A stretch of DNA of 33,615 bases, from positions 1 to 33,615 of the forward strand of contig JAYGCN010000078.1 of the NCBI GenBank assembly GCA_046583315.1. Direction: 5' to 3'. Made by a program: the position numbers and the translations under genes. Positions within the stretch are counted from its first letter, which is position 1. Each line of letters starts with the position of its first letter. Shown piece after piece: positions 25,388 through 33,615 of this stretch. Source of the stretch: Candidatus Hydrogenedentota bacterium. Lineage in GTDB: Bacteria > Hydrogenedentota > Hydrogenedentia > Hydrogenedentales > GCA-2746185. Below the pieces are notes generated by a model. That model did no database searches. It had not been told where the DNA came from and saw only the letters and a list, made by a program, of their open reading frames with translations.

Positions 25388-26404
25388 CTATTGGTTATTC
25401 GTGAATGAAGTGAATGCGTCGAACACGTCGTGCGCCTTGCCGGAGTCAATCGAGGCGCGGGCCGCCTCGATGCCCGATTGCCAATCGTTCGCAACGTCTG
25501 CCGCGATTAATGCGGCGGCCGCGTTAAAGAGAACAATATCACGAGGTGCACCTGAGGCTCCGGAAAGAACTTCGCTCAGAATCTGGGCATTTCGGTCGGC
25601 ATCGCCCCCGACGAGGGCATCTTTGGATGATGAGGGAAGCCCCACCTCATCAGGCGTAATCTCAGATGTGGTCACAACACCGTCCTTTGATTCCGCAACC
25701 AGGGTCGGGCCGTCGAGCGTCAATTCATCAAGACCATCCATGCCCGCGACGACAAAGGCGTGTTTTGTGCCCAGATTGGTCAATACCTGGGCCAGATCTT
25801 TTACCCGATCCGCGTCGAAAACACCGATCACCTGCCGATCAGCATTCGCAGGATTGGTCAGGGGTCCAAGCAGATTGAAGACGGTACGCGTCTTGAGTTC
25901 CATGCGTGATGCGGCGACGTGTTTCATGGCTTCGTGCAAGGAACGCGCAAATAAGAAACCAATACCGACTTCATCGATGCAGGTTCCTACTTGCTCGGGT
26001 TCCAGAAGAATATTGGCTCCCAAGGCTTCGAGGACATCTGCGCTGCCGCACAAACTGGATGCGCTTCGGTTGCCGTGTTTCGCAACGGCGACGCCCGCAC
26101 CCGCCACCACGAAGGCGGAGGTTGTGGAGATGTTGAAGGAGCCGGAAGCATCGCCGCCGGTGCCGCATGTGTCTACCATCGGGTAGCGATGGGTGGTCAC
26201 CTTGGTCGACAATTCTCGCATGGTCGAAGCGAAACCGGTAATTTCTTCGACGGTCTCCCCTTTCATGCGCAGCGCAACAAGCAGGCCGGCAATTTGGGAA
26301 GGGGTGCATTCACCCGTCATGATGCGCTTCAATGTTTCAGCCGCTTCTTCGCGTTCAAGATCGGTGCTGGTGATGACCTTGGCTATGGCATCCTGTATCG
26401 TCAT
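25388..26404 (-). CDS. trpD: Anthranilate phosphoribosyltransferase
   Basis: 'LRMKGET', 'DTCGTGGD...FNISTT', 'AKHGNRSASS', 'RTVFNLLGPLTNPA', 'DGLDE'. Confidence 0.97.
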   Translation of the reverse strand: MTIQDAIAKVITSTDLEREEAAETLKRIMTGECTPSQIAGLLVALRMKGETVEEITGFASTMRELSTKVTTHRYPMVDTCGTGGDASGSFNISTTSAFVVAGAGVAVAKHGNRSASSLCGSADVLEALGANILLEPEQVGTCIDEVGIGFLFARSLHEAMKHVAASRMELKTRTVFNLLGPLTNPANADRQVIGVFDADRVKDLAQVLTNLGTKHAFVVAGMDGLDELTLDGPTLVAESKDGVVTTSEITPDEVGLPSSSKDALVGGDADRNAQILSEVLSGASGAPRDIVLFNAAAALIAADVANDWQSGIEAARASIDSGKAHDVFDAFTSFTNNQ

Positions 26405-26461
26405 GGCAACGAAGAGTATCCTATATTATCGCGTTGATGCTAAAGGGGTTAGAGGCTTAAG

Positions 26462-26491
26462 ATGGTAACAGGCAATCGCCATCGAAGTCAA
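26462..26491 (-). promoter_or_regulatory. Putative sigma70 promoter of trpDCFBA (TTGACT-N18-TACCAT, TGn extended -10)
   Basis: Plus strand ATGGTA 26462-26467 and AGTCAA 26486-26491, in the mgtE-trpD gap. Confidence 0.45.
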
Positions 26492-26528
26492 CGAATCGGC
26501 CTGTGATCCGTTTCGCAATCCACCTTGC

Positions 26529-27884
26529 TTACATAAGAATAAGTGTCGCCAATCCCAAGATGATAATGAATCCAATGGTATCGACCATCGTGGTCAAAAT
26601 CGGTGCGGCCGCGACCGCAGGATCGACGTTGATCCGTTTGAGCATCAATGGAATTGAGCCGCCCAGAGCAACGGCGAGAACGGTGTTTAACGCCAGTGAG
26701 AGTCCCACGACCAGCCCGAAGAGTGCCTGGCCGTTCCACAGGATGATGATACCGGTCAACAACGTGCCTACCACGATGCCGTTGATGACACCCACCATCA
26801 ATTCCATGCGCACTACGCGGGCGACATCGTCTGTGTTTATCAGGCCCAGGGTTAACTCTCGAATCGATACGGCGACCGCTTGATTGCCCGAGCAGCCACT
26901 CACGTTGGCCAATACTGGAAGTAGTGCCGCGAGTATGAGGTATTGCTGAATGGTGTCTTCGAAGAGGTAGACCACCCCGGCAGCGACCAGACTCAGCAGA
27001 AGGTTCAGGGTCAGCCACCACAGACGATGAGTGGCGCGCTCCACGACGGGTGCGGTGCGTATTTCTTCACCACCAACGATGCCGGCAAAACGCATGAACG
27101 ACTTTTCGGATCGCTCCGAGTAGGCGACTTCCATATCCGAACGCACAACGACACCGACGAGGCCGCCGTCTGCACTGACCACGGGCAATCCGGAAAACAT
27201 GTAGCGATCAAAAAGTTGTTCGAGGTCGTCGAGCGGTGAGGTGTCCAGCACACTGACCGGATTCACGATCATTACTTCGCGAATGGGCAGCTGACTCGCT
27301 GAAAGAACCAGGTCGCGCAGACGCAAGACCCCGATCAACGTGTTCTTCTCAGATTTCACGTAGGCATACTGAATGCCGTAATCGGAATACGCCTCGGCAT
27401 TGGTGCGCAGATCGTTAAGCACATCATCAACACTCATGTCCTGGGTATAGACGACGTATTCAGTGACCATGATGCCGCCAGCGGTATCGGGTTCATACAT
27501 GAGCAGTTCGCGGGCTTCTTCTGCTTCACCGGGATCCATCTTCAGGAGAATGGCTTCTGCGTCCGACTCGTCCATTTCGCCGAGCAAGTCTGCACGGTGG
27601 TCGCTATCCATCTCATCGACGATGGCCGCAGCCTGTTCTGCGGGAAGGTCCTCGATTAGGTCGGCGCCCTGAGCGTCCGGGAACTCCTCAATGAGGTCAG
27701 CTGCGTCCTCGGGCTCCAAAAGGTTCAAGAGCTGCGCCTGGATGGATTCTTCGAGGCGTGAAATGGAGCGCGCGACCTCTGCCGGTGTCATGGAATCCAG
27801 GAATTCATGCAAGGCAATCCCGTTGGCTTCACCCACGAGGCGTTCGAGGTCGATCCACGGTTTTTGGTCATGCAGGTGCGACAT
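26529..27884 (-). CDS. mgtE: Magnesium transporter MgtE
   Basis: Acidic N-domain, 'YEPDTAGGIMVTEY', CBS pair, five TM helices with 'GCSGNQ' and 'DPAVAAAPILTTMVD'. Confidence 0.95.
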   Translation of the reverse strand: MSHLHDQKPWIDLERLVGEANGIALHEFLDSMTPAEVARSISRLEESIQAQLLNLLEPEDAADLIEEFPDAQGADLIEDLPAEQAAAIVDEMDSDHRADLLGEMDESDAEAILLKMDPGEAEEARELLMYEPDTAGGIMVTEYVVYTQDMSVDDVLNDLRTNAEAYSDYGIQYAYVKSEKNTLIGVLRLRDLVLSASQLPIREVMIVNPVSVLDTSPLDDLEQLFDRYMFSGLPVVSADGGLVGVVVRSDMEVAYSERSEKSFMRFAGIVGGEEIRTAPVVERATHRLWWLTLNLLLSLVAAGVVYLFEDTIQQYLILAALLPVLANVSGCSGNQAVAVSIRELTLGLINTDDVARVVRMELMVGVINGIVVGTLLTGIIILWNGQALFGLVVGLSLALNTVLAVALGGSIPLMLKRINVDPAVAAAPILTTMVDTIGFIIILGLATLILM

Positions 27885-28107
27885 GAAAGCAACTCTTTAC
27901 ACAGTTTTGGGATTGCACCCTATATCAGCCACTACTTAGCGATGGTACCCAAGAGGCAATCCCGGAAAGAGGCCAATTCTAGCGGATTTCGTGTACTGTG
28001 AACAACGTAAAACTCGATTTATCAGGTAGTTGAGGTGTATACTAGCCTCGAAGTGAGAACAATGACGATCTCGCACGCTTTGGGAAGGACGGGCTAGCCC
28101 CAACTGT

Positions 28108-30039
28108 ATGGATCCACTCGACACATCGGACGAAGCAGCAAAACTCGCGGCAGAATATCCGCGATTGGCCGCGCTCAAATCGCCTGCGGACATCAAAGCT
28201 CTTTCGATAGACGAGTTGTGCGACATCGCGGAAGACGTGCGCCAGTGCATCATTGCTGTGGCATCCCGGAACGGCGGACATCTGGCATCGCCTCTTGGGG
28301 CCGTAGAAATGACGGTTGCGATGCATTACGTGTTCGACTTTCCCGACGATTATCTTATCTGGGATGTCGGACATCAGGCGCACGCGCACAAGATTCTTAC
28401 GGGACGCTTCGAACAATTTCACACCTTGCGTCGCAAAGGTGGTTTGAGTGGATATCCCTCCCGATCCGAAAGTGAATTTGATGCCTTTGGCACCGGACAC
28501 AGTTCCACGTCGATTTCTGCGGCATTGGGCATGGCCGTTGCCGCTGAGCACAACGGCATCGAAGATCGGCACGCGATAGCTGTTATCGGGGATGGTGCGA
28601 TGACGGGTGGCATGGCGTATGAAGCGCTGAGTCACGCAGGACATCTCAAGAAGAATCTACTGGTTGTGCTGAACGATAACGAGATGTCGATTTCGAAAAA
28701 TGTCGGCGCGCTTTCGACCGCTCTGAGTCGAATGATCACCGGCGGGTTGTACAATCGGGCCAAGGGCGACCTCAAAACGTTTATGGAACACACGATAGGC
28801 AAGCATCTCACGGATGCAGCCATCCGCGTCGAACATCATATCAAAGGCATGATTGTTCCGGGGTCGCTGTTTGAGGAATTAGGTTTCCGTTATATCGGTC
28901 CGATTGACGGAAACGATTTGCCGACTCTGGTCGAATGTTTCCGCAATCTCAAGGAATTCCATAAGCCCATCCTCTTTCATTGCGTTACGCAAAAGGGTAA
29001 GGGATACCCCTACGCCGAAGAAGATCCGCTCACCTATCATGGTGTGGGCCCCTATGACATCGAGACGGGTGCGCAACATGCTTCGGCGCCGAAAACGGAT
29101 GACGCGTCATCATTTACGGATGCCTTCGCCAGTGCGTTAATCGAAGCGGCGAAACAAGACGAAAAAATTATCGGAATTACTGCGGCCATGCCTACGGGTA
29201 CGGGCCTATCGAAATTTGAAAAGGTTTTTCCCGATCGCTTCTACGATGTTGGCATCTGTGAACAGCATGCAGTGACCTTTGCGGCGGGCCTCGCCACACA
29301 AGGACTCAAACCGGTCGCGGCGATTTATTCCACCTTCCTGCAACGCGGTTACGATCAGTACATTCATGACGTATGCCTGCAGAACCTCCCGGTTGTGTTC
29401 GCGATTGATCGTGCCGGACTCGTCGGCGAGGATAGCCCGACCCAGCAGGGCGCCTTTGACCTGTCCTTTCTACGGGCCATCCCCAATATCACCATATTGA
29501 CGCCGCGCGATAACGAAGATGTACGGCTCGCGCTGCATTGGGCGCTGGAGCAGGGTAAACCTGTTGCGTTCCGATACGCGCGAACCAAAGGGCCGACAAT
29601 TGGTCACGCTCGTGAACGAGACATTACTCGGGGCGAAGTGTTGCGTGAAGGTACCGATGCCAATTTTCTCTCAACGGGTCCTGTCGCGGCTACGTGTCTA
29701 CAGGTTGCGGAGGCCCTTGAGGATGCTGGCGTATCCATCGGCGTGGTTGACGCACGCTACGTGAAACCTCTGGATACCGAACTGATTGATTCGATTGCTC
29801 ACCTGCCGATAATCACCGTTGAAGAAAACACGCTTGCGGGTGGCTTCGGCTCTGCCGTGATGGAATATTTCGAGCAGCAGGGTCGTCTGCACGAAGTTCG
29901 GTTGCGTCGCATCGGTATACCGGATCGATTCCTGCCCCATTGTACACGCGCGGAACAGCTTGAAGACGCCGGCCTCGGTGCGGATTCGATTGAGAAGGTC
30001 GCTCGCGAAGTCCTGGCGAATTTGATCACGCAGCCCTAG
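28108..30039 (+). CDS. dxs: 1-deoxy-D-xylulose-5-phosphate synthase
   Basis: 'GGHLASPLG', 'WDVGHQ', 'GHSSTSISA', 'IGDGAMTGGMAYEAL...LNDNEMSI', 'ITAAMPTGTG', 'DVGICEQHA', 'IDRAGLVGED'. Confidence 0.97.
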   Translation: MDPLDTSDEAAKLAAEYPRLAALKSPADIKALSIDELCDIAEDVRQCIIAVASRNGGHLASPLGAVEMTVAMHYVFDFPDDYLIWDVGHQAHAHKILTGRFEQFHTLRRKGGLSGYPSRSESEFDAFGTGHSSTSISAALGMAVAAEHNGIEDRHAIAVIGDGAMTGGMAYEALSHAGHLKKNLLVVLNDNEMSISKNVGALSTALSRMITGGLYNRAKGDLKTFMEHTIGKHLTDAAIRVEHHIKGMIVPGSLFEELGFRYIGPIDGNDLPTLVECFRNLKEFHKPILFHCVTQKGKGYPYAEEDPLTYHGVGPYDIETGAQHASAPKTDDASSFTDAFASALIEAAKQDEKIIGITAAMPTGTGLSKFEKVFPDRFYDVGICEQHAVTFAAGLATQGLKPVAAIYSTFLQRGYDQYIHDVCLQNLPVVFAIDRAGLVGEDSPTQQGAFDLSFLRAIPNITILTPRDNEDVRLALHWALEQGKPVAFRYARTKGPTIGHARERDITRGEVLREGTDANFLSTGPVAATCLQVAEALEDAGVSIGVVDARYVKPLDTELIDSIAHLPIITVEENTLAGGFGSAVMEYFEQQGRLHEVRLRRIGIPDRFLPHCTRAEQLEDAGLGADSIEKVAREVLANLITQP

Positions 30040-30894
30040 TCAGAAACCAAATCGGGCTATGGTCGACTCTACGCTGCGCAGGTAGCTCCCCCCGAAAAGC
30101 CTCACGTGCACGAGTAATGGGTACAGGTTGTAAATATCCTTACGTTCCTCGAAGAAGCCTGCCTCCAAACCACGTAATTCTTTATAGTGATCGAAGAATC
30201 GTGTGCCAAAAGTCCCGAATAATGTGACGAATGCCAGCTCTATCTCCGGGTGTCCGTAGTAGACCGCGGGATCGATAAAGCCTGTGATTCTATCGTCGGA
30301 AGACAGGACGTTTGTCGTCCACACGTCCCCATGCAGCAGTGACGGGGCTGCTGGTTCGATCAACCAGTCCTCCAATCGCGACGCAAACTTCTCGATTCGA
30401 CTCATGGTGTCCAGCGGAATCTTGCCCTCGCGCACGCCTTCCCGCGCCATGTGCAACAAGCGATGCTCACGAAAGAAATCGATCCAGGTATCGGATAGCG
30501 GATTCGGTTGATGCAACGAACCAATAAGTGTGTCGCGTTCCAATCCGAATTGCGGCGCAGTAATTTCGTGGAGGCGTGCCAGATGGGTTGCGGCGTCATC
30601 TTCAGCTTTCCCGGAGAACACACTATTGCCCGGTAACATCTCCATGAGTAACAATCGGCTGCTGCTGTGTAACACCCGCGGTACCGGGAGTGTGGAATGT
30701 TCGCTCAGGTATTCCAGCATCCACCCTTCGGCGTTTAATCGCGCATCGGGTCCAGCATCCACTTTCACGACGATGTCACGGTCAGAAAACTGAGCGCGAT
30801 AGACCTCGCCCACCGACCCCCCGCTCAAGGGCGTTATTGTATGCGGGGCATCACCCAATATCGCTTCGATCGCATCGCTAAGCGTCGCACTCAT
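30040..30894 (-). CDS. Fructosamine kinase family protein (ketosamine 3-kinase)
   Basis: 'LSGGSVGEVY', 'FGLERDTLIGSLHQPN', 'PSLLHGDVWTTN', 'IDPAVYYGHPEIELA', 'YNLYPLLVHVRLFG'. Confidence 0.93.
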   Translation of the reverse strand: MSATLSDAIEAILGDAPHTITPLSGGSVGEVYRAQFSDRDIVVKVDAGPDARLNAEGWMLEYLSEHSTLPVPRVLHSSSRLLLMEMLPGNSVFSGKAEDDAATHLARLHEITAPQFGLERDTLIGSLHQPNPLSDTWIDFFREHRLLHMAREGVREGKIPLDTMSRIEKFASRLEDWLIEPAAPSLLHGDVWTTNVLSSDDRITGFIDPAVYYGHPEIELAFVTLFGTFGTRFFDHYKELRGLEAGFFEERKDIYNLYPLLVHVRLFGGSYLRSVESTIARFGF

Positions 30895-31370
30895 TGTTTT
30901 TTGGTGTTGCCCTGAATGTGCGCAAGAAGGCCTTGGGAGGCATCAAGAATCAGGTCGTAGACCTGCTCAAAGCCTTGTTTGCCACCGTAGTAGGGATCGG
31001 GCACCTCCACCTCATCATGATTATGAGCAAAGTTGCAGAAAAGGTGTAATCTGTCGATGTATTCTTGAGGGCAATCCACCTGAAGTTCACGGAGATTATC
31101 ATGATCCATCGCGAGAATATAGTCGAACTGCTTGAAGTCGCTCGAGCGATATTGCCTTGCTTGTAATCCGCTGATATCGATACCGCGACCGTGCGCCGTC
31201 TCTTGTGCTCGCGGGTCGGGGGCATCACCAGTGTGGAAGGAGATCGTGCCGCAGGAATCGATGTGAAATTCGTCTGATAAGCCGCGATCGGTCACCAGAC
31301 GACGAAACACACCTTCCGCCGAGGGGCTACGACAGATGTTGCCCATACACACAAACAGAACGCTTACCAT
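30891..31370 (-). CDS. Low-molecular-weight protein-tyrosine phosphatase
   Basis: P-loop 'VCMGNICRSP', 'DSCGT', 'DYILAMD', 'VPDPYYG'. ATGA overlap with the kinase gene. Confidence 0.95.
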   Translation of the reverse strand: MVSVLFVCMGNICRSPSAEGVFRRLVTDRGLSDEFHIDSCGTISFHTGDAPDPRAQETAHGRGIDISGLQARQYRSSDFKQFDYILAMDHDNLRELQVDCPQEYIDRLHLFCNFAHNHDEVEVPDPYYGGKQGFEQVYDLILDASQGLLAHIQGNTKKQ

Positions 31371-31400
31371 GGCTTCTCCCCTACTGCTTTCGACTTTTGT

Positions 31401-31429
31401 ATTGTAAGGAAGCGGATGGTGTCATGCAA
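31401..31429 (-). promoter_or_regulatory. Putative sigma70 promoter (TTGCAT-N17-TACAAT) for the phosphatase/kinase pair
   Basis: Plus strand ATTGTA 31401-31406 and ATGCAA 31424-31429, 17-nt spacer. A GGGGAG SD follows. Confidence 0.6.
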
Positions 31430-31443
31430 AATTGATTCGAACT

Positions 31444-32252
31444 CTAAAAATCCCAATCGCGTCCCGGCTTCGGGAGTCGCATGACCCGGTCGTGGTCACG
31501 TATCAGCGTTTCGGGCGCGTCGAACGAATCCGTATAAGTTAGTCCAAGCGCAGTAACATTGCCCATCCAGAAGCGTGTGAAAGCGTTCACAGTGGTAGTG
31601 AGCGCGGGAAGTGCTGCATCGTATCCGGCCGACGCATTCGATTCCGGTCCAAGCGTTACGGTGTACTCACCGCCAACGCCTCCCCAACTTTCGTCCGAAT
31701 TCAAGTATTCCTCAATCGGATCGTTCAGTTGCAGATTGAACTGTATCGTGTCGCGTTCCAGATGCGTCTGCTCGAGGCATCCGTCGATATCGTTCATGCG
31801 GTTCTGCCACCAGGCCAGCGATCGCGACGAGGTCTCAAATTTGCTGCCTTTGGTGGTCATGCGATTCTGCATGGGTTCCCGAAGCAGATCCTGCATTTGA
31901 ATATGGGGCGGCTCGGTCAGCGTTACTTTACGCACTTGATCGCCCAGGCTTCTCACGATGCCCATCAGCTCGAGAAATTGTTCGCGATTCTGAAAGGCCA
32001 TCCATTGGACGAAGTACGGACCGTTTTCCGCATCGACTACACTAATCCAAATATGATGGGTTAGTTCCCCTGTCGCTTCATCCCTGTACCCCAGCCGAAA
32101 CTCTTTTGTGTATTGCACTGGCTCGCCTTTGTCATGCCGGAGTGCTTAAAGGACACATACCCATGATGTCGCTTTGCTCCAAGTCGCGACGTGTGCATCA
32201 ATTCGAAGTCATCCTTCGTGAGGCGAATCGGGGGTCGTTTCTGAAAGGGCAC
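31444..32252 (-). pseudogene. C-terminal remnant of an Eis-like GNAT acetyltransferase, with a frameshift near 32095 and no N-terminal domain
   Basis: Frame 32061-32252 ('RPPIRLTKDD...HHG...SFG') continues in frame 31444-32118 ('LGYRD...GPY...SLGDQV...EPPHIQMQDLL...WWQNR...WDF'). An in-frame stop lies just upstream at 32271-32273. The family call is from recalled motif similarity only. Confidence 0.6.
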
Positions 32253-33578
32253 GGATGGTCTTGGGTGATCCTAGCCCGAATAATTTTTTGGTAATGATGA
32301 TTTCTTTTTTGCTGACGTCGAGCCAAGCTTTCCCAAACCATCGCCAGAACACGGCCCGTCCGATCAGAATTTCGGTGCCGCCAAAGAGAATTAGGAAAAA
32401 AAGCGCTCCGATTTCTCCGGAGAATACGACTACGAGGAGGAAGCAGACAACGGCGGTCCAAAAGGTGAAGAATATGGTTAAACAACCCAAATTGCCTAGG
32501 TCGCGACGTGGCCGGACGTAGAGGGAGATGCCTCCATCGGGGTTGTCTCTTACTTCGATAGTGGGTGTGTAGGGCTTAATAATCTCATCGACGCGTTCTC
32601 CGTGTTCGTTGAGTGTGCGGTGCCTTTTGCTTTCATCTGTAACGAATATTGGAATGATAAAACTGGAGGCTAAATCTATTCCGGCGACTTTTGCTCGTGT
32701 GGTTAACTCCCATTCGATGCGGTCGTCGCCACCATTTGGAGAAGTTTGCTGGCAGTCTCTTGGGATGTAGACTTCGATTGGGATCGCTGTTTGGCCTGCG
32801 ACAACTTTGGTGACGCGTCCCATATCGACCTCGATGTCTTCTTGCCATTGGACGACTCGGTTTATTTTGCCATCGTCGCTTGGGATGTCGCGGGCAGCGC
32901 AGATCAGTTTTGCTTCGACGGTTTCGTCTGGGGCGAATGTAAAATTTACCCATACGATGGCTTTGAGCCAGCCTCCGACGACGCCCGGGAGGGTGACCAT
33001 TTCGCAACTGGCTTCTCCGTGCTTATACCATTGTCGGGTGCGGTAAATTGCGCTACCGAGTAGTAGAAGCCCTACTGCGACCAAGAAATATCCTTCGTGC
33101 ACAGAACCGTTGCTGATGCGTCATGCTGATAAATGAAGCCGAGAATCAAGCCGAATCCGAATACGCTGCATATGATCCCCATGCCGGCCATGATGAACAC
33201 GAATTTGGGGCCGCTTGATGGAATTTTTCGGTCAAGCCATTCTTCTTTCCAGAGCCAAGGTTTGGTGGGATTTTCATTCCTTCGATAGTCTTCTCGTTTA
33301 CTCTTTTTTCCTATCTTGAAGGCGAGGGAGAGTGAACTGATACTGAGTAGCGTGAATAGGCCACCCAAGATACCCAAAAAGACACTTCCAACAACTTCAT
33401 CCATCTGATGAGCCAACGGTATATACGATCGATTGAACAGTACGGTATAATATACGCCGTTCACGAGCATGGCACATCCGATGACAAGAACGGTAATATG
33501 ATACAGAATAAACAGAATCGAACGCCTTAGGTTGGCGTTTGCTTTTCCAGCATGAATTTCTATTTTTACCATTTCCAA
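32209..33578 (-). pseudogene. Hypothetical multi-TM membrane protein split by a frameshift near 33095 and probably 3'-truncated
   Basis: ORFs 33072-33578 and 32209-33102 overlap in the middle of a hydrophobic helix ('ATVLCT' / 'GYFLVAVGLLLLG'). Adding one base joins them into one frame. Confidence 0.55.
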
Positions 33579-33615
33579 ACTCTCACATGTTTATGACTAT
33601 GGACACTGTAATGCT

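Noticed and set aside
25293..26186. 297-aa plus-strand ORF opposite trpD
   Set aside because: Antisense shadow with low-complexity Ser/Ala/Pro composition.
27885..28107. M-box (ykoK) or other riboswitch upstream of mgtE, or TPP riboswitch upstream of dxs
   Set aside because: I could not find the conserved cores or a terminator in this divergent gap. An Infernal scan would be decisive.

Overview
A 33.6 kb, gene-dense bacterial chromosomal segment of mid-range GC, with almost all genes on the minus strand. It holds a 5'-truncated SAM methyltransferase, an aldo/keto reductase, and a hybrid sensor kinase paired with an HTH_17-REC regulator under a perfect TTGACA-N17-TATAAT promoter. A long co-oriented run follows: 4-PDZ HtrA protease, catalytically dead trypsin-like partner, pteridine reductase-like SDR, folB/folX-like, folK, folE, JAB-DinG helicase, pgi, an unknown membrane protein, an ECF sigma factor broken by a TGG>TAG stop, and a tandem zinc-finger anti-sigma. 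Further on are a second ECF sigma/FecR pair, an MBL hydrolase, pilD, trpDCFBA, mgtE, dxs (plus strand), a LMW-PTP/fructosamine-kinase pair, and a damaged right end with two single-base frameshifts and an apparent gene-fusing deletion. No rRNA, tRNA, CRISPR array, transposase or integrase was seen. The most notable non-coding feature is a 127-nt TA-bounded hairpin (17992-18118) with 20-bp terminal inverted repeats whose mismatches are all G-U pairs on the antisense strand. All calls come from motif recognition by eye; no database search was run.
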